A stretch of 64,000 bases of DNA from Chiloscyllium plagiosum (lineage: Eukaryota), in contig NC_057749.1 of assembly GCF_004010195.1 (NCBI RefSeq), forward strand, positions 11,451,540 through 11,515,539, written 5' to 3'. Each line of letters starts with the position of its first letter. Within the stretch, counting starts at the first letter, position 1. Below, one piece after another: positions 25,420 to 37,592 of this stretch. The position numbers and the translations under genes are program-made. The notes under the pieces were generated by a model, which was given only the letters and a program-made list of their open reading frames with translations, was not told the origin of the DNA and did no database searches.

Positions 25420-26630
25420 CGTGCTGGCTGTTAATTGCAGTGATCCCTCTTAATCATTTATACCAGTGTATTGCTGCCAATGGTCTGATTTTTTGTTTAC
25501 TAACATTCTGTGTGGAACCTTGTTAAAGCCTTGCTGAAAATTGAAGTGTTCCACATTAATTGGTTCTCCTTTAGCAAGTAATATTCTCAAATTTCCAACT
25601 GGGTTGACAAATCTAATTTCCCTTTCATAAATCCATGTTGACCTTGCTCAAAGTGCCTCGTAATACCATCCTCTGTGTAATGGATTCTAACCTTTCCTCC
25701 AGTTCTAATGTCAACGTAGCAGGTTTGTAGTCTCCATTTTCTCTTTCCCTTCTGTTTTAAGTTGCGAACTTGGCTTACCAAACTGCAGAAACCTTTCCAG
25801 AATTCAAAGATTTTGAAAGATGACCACAAATGCACACTCTCCCTATCTCTGTAGCACATCCTTTCGCACTCTGGTCCAGGGATTTATCAACCCTTGATCA
25901 AGTGTTGAGTCTTTACTAATTTCTTGAATTCCTCATTTTTACAAGTCATAGAATCATAGCATATGCCATTTGATTCCCCAGCATTTCTGGGAGATTTAGT
26001 GTCTTTTATGAAAACCGTTACAAAGTAATTGTTCAGTTTCTCTGACATTTCCTTATTTTCTTAAAAAATCTTTTTTGTCTCCGTTGGGAACTTGGCATTA
26101 TTTGTCCTGTCAGTCTGTTCCTTTTCGGGTATCCCAGAAAAGCTTTTACAGTTCACTAGATTGCCACTTTTTTTTTCTGGCAGTCTTTTTTTGATTTAAT
26201 GCAATTGTTAATAAGTTTAGCTAGCCACGGTTGATTTTCCCTTCCTGATGTGTTTTTGTGTCTTTACTGAATGTGTATTTGTAGACCTGATAATACTCTA
26301 GTGGAAATATTAGCTAGACTACTATCAAATATATTCCTGTGATTTTCCAGTCCACCTACCTTGCCCAAAATACCTTCACTTTTTTGTTCAGATTTGCGAC
26401 TCTAATTTCAGAATGAACTCTTTGCTTTTAAACTTAATGTAAATGCTGTCATATTATGGACATTCTTTCCCAAGGGCTATTGTACGGTAGGAATTATTAA
26501 TCAGACATTTCTTGTTACATAATGCTGAATATAAGGTAGCCCAATCTCTCTCTCAATTTTTTTCCACATTCTGCTCCAGAAGCCCATCTCATACATACTC
26601 TAGGAACAAATTTCCACAGCATTCATGCTT
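25420..26630 (-). mobile_element. Old degenerate CR1 ORF2 remnant
   Basis: QGQHGFMKGK in ORF 25587..25859 plus patchy nucleotide similarity to other CR1 copies. Confidence 0.6.
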
Positions 26631-27193
26631 TTTAGGATTACCCATTCTGACAGGAGGGATGCGCTCCATGAATCCAAAACCTGTACCAAAAGTGTAATGG
26701 TCTTATTTTATCAGCAAAGTAGCCATGATTCTCTTGTTGCTATTATCTAAAATAAAAGTGATTTTCACCGGTTTCTTAAACTCAGTAATAACTTGATTGA
26801 AGAATGAATTTGTTCTTAATAAATAAGTGGCATATAAGTAGCAAAACAGGTTCTTAACGAAGATGCTATGCAGTCTTAAACTATATCTCCCTTAATCCTA
26901 ATGCAAGTACATTCATAGACAGGTAAAGACAAAACAGCTCTGCAGTTTATTATGGGTTTTAACAGGTATGAGTTTAGGGGTGGGGAAGCATGTTTGTGGT
27001 TCAAGTATTCAAATTAAAAAAAAAATAGAATGAGTTGTGTTCTGACTGTTCCTTCAGTTTCCTGTGAGCAAGATAAAGTTGCGACTATTTGAAAAATGAT
27101 GAAACATTTTTAGGCCAGATGGGGAAACAGTTAAAATTCTGAAAACTGAAATGTTTAGAGAGAGAGTGCTTTTTAGCTGAGTTTGATTTTTCT

Positions 27194-27913
27194 TGTTAGG
27201 TCACTGGGTAGACCGTCCTGTTTAATTTAAACCAGCAACACAAAAGATTTATCCCATGCAGTAATCTGCGAAAATTTGAGAGGCCAAGAAGTATTTAAAG
27301 TAAAATGAAAAACTTTATTTCATAAAAGTATGCCAGGGAGTAATTAACTAACACCTATTTACCAACTCCTTCCTCTACTCTATCTTTTACTTTCCCTTCT
27401 ATAATACTGGTCTGATTAAAAAAAAAACCCCTGATTTAAGATTTACCAAAAATTCAAATTTTCAAAACCAACCAGATATCGAATCTTCTTCCTATATTTT
27501 CCCATGTCGTCATTTCTTCTTCATAGGGATGACTGTTTCACAGGTTACTGATTGATAAAGTTATCTTTCAGAGCTGTTCTTCGGGTAGTCTGCAGATGCT
27601 GGTGGCTTGGCAGTTCTCCTCTCGACTGTTAAATTTTCCCCAGTCTTATACCCCCAAAGCATCAGATTGTGTCATTGGCTTTTAAGATTGTCAATATACT
27701 AAATTCAAACTTGGTTGGAGTTTGGTATTTTTTGGGTATAATTTAAATTGATTAGCCTAATTAGAATTTGTTCTGTCGTCTCTGGGCAACCAGCTAATGG
27801 AGTTGTTTGACCAAATGTTACACTATATCTTGTTCAGAGCACTTGGTGCTGTGTCAAGTAGTTCTGCGAGCTTTTAACTCTCAAAGGTACAGTACACCCA
27901 CATCTTCATAACA
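27194..27913 (-). mobile_element. Probable solo LTR
   Basis: TGTTA...TAACA inverted termini; on the minus strand a TATA-like GGGGTATAA (~27646-27654) and AATAAA (~27314-27319) in the expected order. No clean TSD (TTCT vs CACT). Confidence 0.6.
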
Positions 27914-29501
27914 CACTCATCAACTTTGAAAAAGAGAAACAAAAACCAAGTACTGGAGAAACTCAGCAGGTCTTTCAGCATTGATAACAAGGAAAAGAAA
28001 AGTCAATATTTTGAGTCTAGTGACCATTCTGATAGCGTTAACTCTGTTTTTCTTTCTACAGATGCTACTAGACCTGTTAAGTTTCCCTAGCACTATCGGC
28101 TTTTGTTTCAGATTTCTAGCATCAGCACTTTTGTTTTATTTTTGTGATAGAGCAAGGGAGATGTTTTCAGAAGAGACTGTATTTACTATTTTCAGCTAGG
28201 AAGCCCTTTGTCAACTGACTAATAAAAGAAATAGCAACTCCATTTAAGAAGCTGCTTCTAGGCACCTCTAGTGCAGGGCCCTCAAATCTAGTTTGTATGA
28301 CTTAGTTATAGCCATAAAGCAATCTTTTACCTTTGTTTCAAAACCTTCTGTCACAAAATTATTTGTCTTTTTGAAAACAGTCGGCAATTGCTCATGCTCT
28401 TTGACCTTTTGCTTTCAGGAAGTCATATGGTGAATCCTCTAAATCTTCTATTTCCTGATTGTCATAGCCTATAAACTGTTTCAGTACTAATTGACAGAGA
28501 AGTTGAAGTTGCTCATAATTGCTGTGTTATCTGTGCTGCGTATACAGAGGAACTTTGATTATCTGAAGGACACAGGCAGGGAGTATTTCGTTTGGTTAAT
28601 CGAATTCTGGATAATCGAATGTCAGATTATTGAGGTCGCCTCAATTATCTAATTTCCTGATTTATGTAACGTTTGAAGATACCCCTACTATTTGGCCTAT
28701 AAACAGCTCTCACCGATGTTTCCTGTTCCTTTCAGAGCTTCACTCTGAACTGTTTCAACAGCTTGATCCTTCAATTTAGGATCCTTTCTCACTAATAGAC
28801 AAATATCGTCCTTTCATCAGAGTATTTTTTTAATTTCAAAAATAAGCTTTATTTGTTAAAAGTCCTGTCCAGTAGCATATCAAGGAAACAAACAAACATT
28901 GAAGTTTGACTCTATCAAACAAAGTAAACACATCTCTTACTTGATCAAGGTTATATCTACATGCAACCTTAAGTCAGAGTGCTATCCCATATCCTTTTCC
29001 TTTTTGCCCATCTTACCTAAATGAACATTACTGAATGCTGATTTCCCAGTCTCTGAAATGGCAACTTATTCACATCCATTCATCTCTGTACCTTGTAAAG
29101 ACAGTTTCATTTTATTTTTTCTGTACATTTCTTTTTGGTCTGAAATGGAAAAAAAGACTTTTCACACCCAGTACTTTTTAAAAGCCAGTTCCTGAAACTT
29201 GTCAGTTATGTTTACACTGCTCCTTTGATCAACCAAAGAGAGCTTAGTTGCAGATAGGCTGACATCAGGGGATATATATCAAGTGAAATTTAACCAGCAA
29301 GAAGTAGTTTGGTTTATAGAGTTGTGACCCACTGTGAATGACAAAGGCCGCCTGCCTGCCAGTAACTGTGGATACGTTGCTGAGATTCTCATCAGCTTGT
29401 GGGTGTGCATGATATTGCCGTTGGATCTTGAGAAGGGGTGATAATGAGTCTGAAATAGAAAATATTTGAAGTCTGAGGAAAGCTGGTTATCTTCTCCCAC
29501 C

Positions 29502-29686
29502 GAGGACAATACTGGGAGAAAGTGAGGACTGCAGGTGCTGGAGAGTCAGAGTCAAAAGGTGTGGTGCTGGTAAAGCACAGCAAGTCAGGTAGCATTTCTG
29601 AAGAAGGGCTTATGCCCGAAACGTCGATTCTCCTGTTCCTTGGATGCTGCCTGACCTGCGCTTTTCCAGCAACATATTTTCAGCTC
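29502..29686. mobile_element. Palindromic family A pLTR insertion
   Basis: Exact 14-bp TSD TATCTTCTCCCACC (29488-29501, 29687-29700); inverted arms. Confidence 0.85.
29598..29625 (+). ncRNA. Minimal type-I hammerhead ribozyme core
   Basis: CTGAAGAAGGGCTTATGCCCGAAACGTC. Confidence 0.65.
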
Positions 29687-30024
29687 TATCTTCTCCCACC
29701 AGTTACCAAAAGCCGTGGCTTTTAATTAATAACTAAGTTACAGTCTGTTCTTCTATAACGTAACAACTGCATTCTTGTGTGACCTTGCATTATAGAAAAT
29801 CGCGCAATAAAAGTAACAAGGCCTTTGAGGAAAACTGAGTTAGAGGTGGACTACCAAAAATATCAGTAAAAATTGAAACAAAAGTTGTAGTTAGCTTAAC
29901 CTAAACAATAGCAGTCTTAAGTAAATATTAAAATCAGATATTTTGGTGAAATAATACAATAAATTTAAAACTTTACCCTGAAAAACTGGAAGGTAACTTG
30001 AAGGAGTTTGAGTTTGCTGAGTTA

Positions 30025-30187
30025 ATGCTGGGAGAAAGTGAGGACTGCAGGTGCTGGAGAGCCAGAGTCAAAAGGTGTGGTGCTGGTAAAGCACAGCAAG
30101 TCAGGTAGCATTCCTGAAGGGCTTATGCGAACCGTCGACTGTCCTGCTCCTTGGAGGCTGCCTGACCTGCGCTTTTCCAGCCACACA
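30025..30187. mobile_element. Palindromic family A pLTR insertion, hammerhead decayed
   Basis: TSD CTGAGTTA on both sides; left arm nearly identical to 29515-29596. Confidence 0.8.
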
Positions 30188-30369
30188 CTGAGTTACAGTA
30201 GTGTATAATACTGAGTTATATTCGTGGAAAACAGATTTGCAAAAAATGGACTGAAAATTACTAAGTACAGCAATTTTGTTTCTTTTAACCTGATCCTCAT
30301 CTAAGGTAGGTAAGTTCTGATTTTGTGGACTTGGATCATCTGTTTTGTGATGACACCAGAAATATTGGG

Positions 30370-30860
30370 TATGATTTCCAGCATGCCAACTCAGTGAGGC
30401 ATGGCAGCCTTCAAATCATCCACCTTGTTGCAAATGCTGTTTGTGTTCAAAGTACCCTTGGTTTTATCTTTTTAACATTATTCCATGTTCTGGTCCTTGG
30501 ATGCTTGCTGTTGCTTTGTCTGCCATCTAGTTTTGCTTCCTAGCTTTTTACTTTCCATTAGTAGAGCTGCTGTTTTTCAACCTGAATTCCTTGTTAATAT
30601 AGTTTAGACTTGCCTCAACTGCACTGCCAAGTCTCCCTGAGCAGATGTTAGTCCCAGTGCTGCTAATGTGCAACCTATCAACTTATGCATGTTCCAGCAG
30701 CTCCAGAAGGTTGTCCTGCAGCCACCACTTGATGTCCTCTATCCTGACACCAGGAAGGCAAAATACAACCCTGGAGTCAAGTCTGTGGCAGCAGAAACAC
30801 CTGTCTGCTCGCCTAATTACTGAGTCCCTTATCGATGAACTTCACAGCTCCCGAAACTAC
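30370..30860 (-). mobile_element. Old CR1 ORF1 esterase / ORF2 start remnant
   Basis: CCTGACACCAGGAAGGCAAAATAC...GAAACACCTGTCTG matches the LPGA esterase region of the other CR1 copies. Confidence 0.55.
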
Positions 30861-32399
30861 ATCCTACAGTAACCTCATTTCTAGCTTTTTAAATGGAAAG
30901 TCAAAGAAAAGTTAAACATCCCTAGGGCTAAACTTGAAAATTGCTGCAGCCACTCAACTCTGCCCTGTGTTCACAGCTTTTAAAACTCTGAGCTCCATGG
31001 TGCTCACTGCTGTCTTGGGATTGCAAGCCCAAAATTTCAGCTCTCAACCACATTTGGGATCCTGACCCCACTTTGGGAAGCCCTTCTTTGCAAAAATATT
31101 ATGTTTCTGTTGAAGTACTACCAAATACACATCTGTCAACTGTGATGAATATTGTGGGAGGAGATGGAATTGATATGTTTAGGATTACTTAAAGTATGTT
31201 CTACAAAAGCTCCATTGAAAGTTAAAGTGCAATGCCACTGTTTCGGAATATTTCAATAATGGTGATCAAGGATTGCTATTGGTTCAGGACTTTGATTTAA
31301 AAATTTTTAAGAAACATGAATTCTTACAATTCAGCTCAATTTGCAGGCAAATATTTACCTTAAGTACTTTCCCCTTTGGAATTGAATTGAGAAAATGTAA
31401 TTTTTACTCCAGTCATGCTACCACATTTGGTGGCATAAAAAAACATGCTGACAGGTTCCTTTGCATGCCATTCTGACTGCATCATTCTGTACTGTCTCTG
31501 ACCAAATAGCATAGTTCAAACCCATTGGAGTCTTGACATTCCATTTGAAAGTTGGTAGTTTATTCAGCAGTGAGACAAAGTTGTGAAATTTGGGCAGCTA
31601 AATTGCATCTTATTAATCACCATCCCGTATTGGAACACTTCAGTTCAAAACTGCCTATACATTAAATTGATCATGTCTTAGAAACTTGAAATCTCAAAGG
31701 TTACGTCCTGATCAGAGGGTGGAGCAGAACTGGAAGACTGGGTTGCGGTGAAACTAGTTGCATCATATTTGCTGCACCCACAGAGTTCACTCCCAGTCAC
31801 ATGATTGCTGGAATGCATTAGTTAGATAACTAATTTGCAGTAAACTTTAATGTAATTGAAGGTAAAAGTCACCTCCTTAAACCAAATGTCTCAAGCAGTC
31901 ACAGTTTGTGCAAGGTGTGGCTAATCAAATTTAGGGCATACTTGGATCCAGGTGCTTTACATATACCAGTTGTAATTGGAATTTTTGCTAAATACAAAAA
32001 CAGACAAACTGCTTTTTCAGCTGGAATTTAGTGAAGCCATAGGGTTTTTGGAGCCTTGATGCTGTTTATGAAATGTGTAGCACAGAACTTCCAACAAAGG
32101 AAGATATTGCTCAAGTTCCATGTGGCTACTTTAATGAACACCAGTATATATAAATACTTCTGTGTATTAGGAAAGGCTACTTACTTACTACTTGTATAGC
32201 ATGAAAAATTCACATGATGTAGTAGACCTTTTTTTTTTTACATTTACAGAAAAGTCTCCAAAGATTTGCTGCCATAATGAATTCTACATGAGGAAAAGAA
32301 TGCTGGGCTGACTGAACTTGCTAGTTTACTCTTTTTGGAATTAAAATTATTATTGTGTGCTGTAAAGGCCAAATTAAAACTTGTTTATAGGCTTTTTAT

Positions 32400-32715
32400 T
32401 TAGATTAGATTCCCTACAGTGTGGAAACAGGCCCTTCAGCCCAACAAGTCCACACTGATCCTCTGAAGACTAACCCACCCAGACCTGTTTCCGTTTGATT
32501 AATGCAACTAACACTATGGGCAATTTAGAATGGCCAATTCACCTTACCTGCACATCTTTGGACTGTGGGAGGAAACCGGAGCACCCGGAGGAAACCCTCA
32601 CAGACACAGGGAGAATGTGCAAACTCCACACAGACAGTCACCAGAGGCTGGAATCGAACCTAGGTCCTTGGCGCTGAGAGGCAGCAGTGCTAACCACTGA
32701 GCCATCATGCCACCC
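32400..32715 (-). mobile_element. HE1-like tRNA-derived SINE
   Basis: Minus strand shows A box TGGCTCAGTGG and B box GGTTCGATTCC, a conserved central domain, and a CR1-like 3' tail ending in (AATCT)n. Confidence 0.88.
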
Positions 32716-33639
32716 TTATTGTAATACTGATTCAGAAACCACATTTATGTGTGCATAACTATTACTAAACTTTGAGTTTCCATTCTTGAAAATGATTTCC
32801 CTGTTTAAAGTATTTGGCTAGCAATTTATGGATATAGTACTTTGAAAAATACCGTGACAATGTTTTTTCTGTTTGGGTATATGAGGTGCTATAAAAGTAG
32901 TTGTCTAAGACCTTTAGAAATGCAATTTTTTGTTTAATAAAAGTTATTTAATTTTCTCATACCCACTATTTAATAAAACCAATACTTTAACAAATTTGAG
33001 CACTGCTGATTTCAGATTTGAGATTTTAATGGAAGGGTTTTTCTGTTTTCAGTGTGAGCTGAGATCTTGAGACAATAGTTGCCAACAAATCAACTTGTTC
33101 AGGGCTGAACTGCTTGACCTCTTGGTAGCAAAATATGTTCAGTAAGTTATCATTATAACTTCGGTGAACTGCTCCTCTGCCTGCTGGCGTGATTGTAAAA
33201 TTTTGACCCTTGCTGTAGTAAACTAAAGACCAGTCCACCAAGTAAGTCTAAGCAGGACCATTTGCTGAGTTTACATCAATAACTGTTTAGAAACTGAAGT
33301 CTTTTAAAGCTGGCGGAATATCATGCTATTGCTGACAGATCAATATGCATTCTTTATAAGTAAAAGTTATTCATAACCAATTCGTGTTTCCACGCACTTA
33401 TCAAATTTGTCTACTGTGTAAAGTCTACTGTTTACATCAATGTGACAAATTGTCTTTCCCATGAGTGGTGATGTTGAAATGTTTGAATTTTGCATTACGC
33501 AGTTCCTCAAACTGTAAGTACAGACTTTTTGCTTAAAACAATATTTCTTGCTGGACTGCTGCATGTTTTATGACTTAATCAAAATAGAATGTACATCAGA
33601 GTAGAATGTCTGGCTTCTGAAGCAAAAGCAGGAATCGTT

Positions 33640-35556
33640 TGAGAAAGCTGAAGTTGTACAGGATATTACTTCCTCTGGAATACTGTGTAAAGTTCTGGTC
33701 GCCCTGCTTTTGCAAAGATACTATTAATTTCGAGAAGCTTCAGAAAAGATTTACCGGGATGTCGCTGGAATTGGTTGGTGAGAGTGATAATGAGTGGCTG
33801 GATAGGCTGGGACTTTTTTTTTCATTGGCCCGTAGGAGGTTGAGGGATTGTTATAAAATCATGGGGACCTAGGTAAGGTGAATAGCCAAGGTCTTTTTCA
33901 TAGACTAAGGGACACACTTTTAAGGTGAGAGGTGAAAGATTCAAAAGGGACCGGAAGGGTAAATTTTTAACACACAGCATTGATTTATTTATTGTCACTT
34001 GTAATGCAGTACAGTGAAAAGCTTGGTTTACGAGCAGTACAGGCAGATCATAGGAAGCAAAGATGTACGGAACAAAAGATTTAGATGGAGGCATACAAAT
34101 AACATTGCACAGGGTGTGCAAGAGAGATCACGTTAGCAAGAGTAGCATTACTTTAGACAAGAGTCCATTCAATAGTCTAATAACAGCCAAGATGAAGTTG
34201 TCTCTGAACCTACTTTGTGTGTGTGTGTGTGTGTTCAGGCTTCTGTATCTTCTGCCTGATTGAAGAGGTTTTAGGAGATCATTACTAGGGTCTTTTGAAG
34301 TTGGCAGCCTTTCCACAGCAGCGAGCTATGTAAATGACGTCCATGGGTGGAAGGTTGGCTCCTGTGATGGCCAAGGCTGTGCACACCATTATCTGTAGTT
34401 TCCTGCGATCCTGGCAGAGCAGTTGCCATACCAGGCCATTATGCTCCTGGACAGTTTACTTTCAGTTGTGCATCTGTAAAAGTTGGTCAAGGTCCTTAGG
34501 AAAAATGGCATGTCCAAGTGGTGCCTGAGGAGGAAGAGATGCTGTTGTGCCCTCTTGACTGTCTCAACTATATGTGAGGACCAGGACAGGTCGTCGGTTA
34601 TCGTCATTCCTAGGAACTTGACGCTCTCCACCTTTTTGATGTCAGTTCCGTTGATGAGGGGTGTGTTCTCCTCCTTTCTTACTAAAGTCAATCAGTTCTT
34701 TAGTTTTGCAGACGTTTAAAGAGAGGTTTTTGTTACACCATGTCACCAAACCCTGAGCCCATGCTTTCCTTGGGTTGACTCCCAGGAAGACCAATCTAAC
34801 GTCTGCAGCGGTGACCAAGGGAACACGTGTCTGGGGCTGTATGGACAGGCATCGCTGTGCCATTGGCATTCTGCTCAAACTGAGTATAGAAAGCATTGAG
34901 CACATGAGGGAAGAATATGTCTCTGGTGTCTTGCTCTGCTTCATTTTGCATCCGTAATGTTGCATAGGCCTTGCCATAGGTGGCGGCTTCTGTTTGGCAG
35001 GTATGGGTCTCTAACCTGGTCCGGTACTGCCATTTGGCATAAGTGATGGCTTTGCGGAAGTCATATCTGGATTTCTTGTATCAGTCTGGGTCATCCGACT
35101 TGAATGCTGCACATCTCCCCTTCAATAAGGAGTGGATTTCCAAGTTCATCCAAGATTTACAGTTGTGAAACATTCTGATTGACTTCCTTAGTACGCGGTC
35201 TCCCACACACTTGCTAATGAAGTCCATGACATTAGTGGCGTACTTGTCTTGGTTTCCCGCTGAGTACTTCAACCGGTCCAGTCTGCTGATTCCAAGTAGT
35301 CCCTGAGATGGTCTTCCACAGCCTAGGACCAACGTTGTACTTCCTTTTGTGAAATACCCCCTCGTTTCAGCTTCTGGCTGTTTGTGGAATGAATTGCCAG
35401 AGGAAGTGGTAAATGCAGGTTCAGTTACAACACTTAAAAGACATTTGGACAGGTACGTGAATAGGAAAGATTTTAAAGGTATGTGGGCCAAAAGCAGGAA
35501 AGTGGGTCTAGTTAGATTTAGGAAACGTGGTCGGCATGGATGTGTTGGAGTGAAGG
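33640..35556 (+). mobile_element. CR1 3' fragment (33640-33978 and 35378-35556) split by a Rex1 insertion
   Basis: LPLEYCVKFWSP..LQKRFTG before the break; LWNELPEEVVNAG..KRHLDRY after it. Confidence 0.8.
33980..35335 (-). mobile_element. Rex1/Babar-clade LINE remnant with an internal deletion
   Basis: WCNKNLSLNVCKTKEL, VESVKFLGMTITDDLSWSSH, KRAQQHLFLLR, LTNFYRCTTESKL..AWYGNCSA are characteristic of the Rex1 RT C-terminus. Confidence 0.82.
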
Positions 35557-37592
35557 GGTTAGACCATAAGACATAGGAGTGGAAGTAAGGCCATTCGGCC
35601 CGTCGAGTCCACTCCGCCATTTAATCATGGCTGATGGACATTTCAACTTCACTTACCTGCATTCTTCCCGTAGCCCTTAATTCGTTGTGACATCAAGAAT
35701 TTATCAATCTTTGCCTTGAAGACATTTAGCGTCCCGGCCTCCACTGCACTCTGCGGCAATGAATTCCACAGGCCCACCACTCTCTGGCTGAAGAAATGTC
35801 TCCGCATTTCTGTTCTGAATTTACCCTGTCTAATTCTAAGGCTGTGTCCACGGGTCCTAGTCTCCTCGCCTAACGGAAACAATTTCCTAGCGTCCACCCT
35901 TTCCAAGCCATGTATTATCTTGTAAGTTTCTCTTAAATCTCCCCTTAATCTTCTAAACTCCAATGAATACAATCCCAGGATCCTCAGCCGTTCCTCGTAT
36001 GTTAGACCTACCATTCCAGGGCTCATCCGTGTGGATCTCTGCTGGACACGCTCCAGTGCCAGTATGTCCTTCCTGAGGTGTGGGGACCGAAACTGGACAC
36101 AGTACTCCAAATGAGGCCTAACCAGAGCTTTATAAAGTTTCAGTAGCACAACGGTACTTTTATATTCCAACCCTCTTGAGATAAATGACAACATTGCATT
36201 CGCTTTCTTAATCACTGACTCAACCTGCATGTTTACCTTTAGAGAATCCTCGACTAGCACTCCCAGATCCCTTTGTACTTTGGCTTTATGAATTTTCTCA
36301 CCGTTTAGAAAGTAGTGCATGCTTGTATTCTTTTTTCCAAAGTGCAAGACCTCGCATTTGCTCACATTGAATTCCATCAGCCATTTCCTGGACCACTCTC
36401 CCAAACTGTCTAGATCTTTCTGCAGCCTCCCCACTTCCTCAGTACTACCTGCCTGTCCACCTAACTTCGTATCATCGGCAAACTTCGCTGGAATGCCCAG
36501 AGTCCCTTCATCCAGATCATTAATATATAACGTGAACAGCTGCAGCCCCTACACTGAACCCTGCAGGACACCGATTGTCACTGGCTGCCAGTTCGAAAAA
36601 GAACTTTTTATCCCAACTCTCTGCCTTCTATCAGACAGCCAATCCTCAATCCATACCAGTAGCTCACCTCGAACATCATGGGCCCTCACCTTGATCAGCA
36701 GCCCCCTGGGGGGCACCTTATCAAAGGCCTTTTGGAAGTCTAGATAGACCACATCCACTGGNNNNNNNNNNNNNNNNNNNNNNNNNNNNNNNNNNNNNNN
36801 NNNNNNNNNNNNNNNNNNNNNNNNNNNNNNNNNNNNNNNNNNNNNNNNNNNNNNNNNNNNNTTACAACAGTGATCTTCCAATCATCCGGGACTTTCCCTG
36901 ACTCGAGTGACTTTTGAAAGATCTCAACCAATGCCTCTGCTATTTCCTCAGCCACCTCCCTCAGAACTCTAGGATGTAGCCCATCGGGGCCAGGAGATTT
37001 ATCAATTTTAAAACCTTTTAGTCTTTCTAGCACTTTCCCTTTTGTAATGGCAGCCATACTCAACTCAGCCCCCTGACTCCCTTTAATTGTTGGGATATTA
37101 CTCATGTCTTCCACTGTGAAGACTGATGCAAAGTACTTATTAAGTTCTCCTGCTATTGCCTTATCTCCCATCACTAGGCTTCCAGCATCAGTTTGAAGTG
37201 CCCAATGTCTACTTTTGCCTGTCGTTTGTTTCTTATGTATTGAAAGAAACTTTTACTATCATTCCTAATATTACTGGCTAGCCTACCTTCATATTTGATC
37301 CTCTCCTTTTTTATTTCTCTCTTTGTTATCCTTTGTTTGTTTTTGTAGCCTTCCCAGTCTTCTGATTTCCCAGTGCTCTTGGCCACTTTATAGGATCTCT
37401 CTTTTTAGGATCTCTCTTTTTCTTTAATACATTTCCTGACTTCCTTTGTCAGCCATGGCTGTCTAATCCCTCCCTGGATAATCTTTCTTTTCTTGGGGAT
37501 GAACCTCTGTACAGTGTCCTCAATTATACCCACAAACTCCTGCCATTTTTGCTCTACTGTCTTCCCCACTAGGCTCTGCTTCCAGTCTATTT
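35557..37592 (-). mobile_element. Relatively young 5'-truncated CR1 LINE (ORF2), with an N gap
   Basis: Open 261-aa C-terminal frame 35649..36434; VDVVYLDFQKAFDKV; KSPGPDGLHPRVL. Confidence 0.95.

Noticed and set aside
26694..27190. Possible second, older LTR next to the solo LTR
   Set aside because: No defensible termini or TSD.
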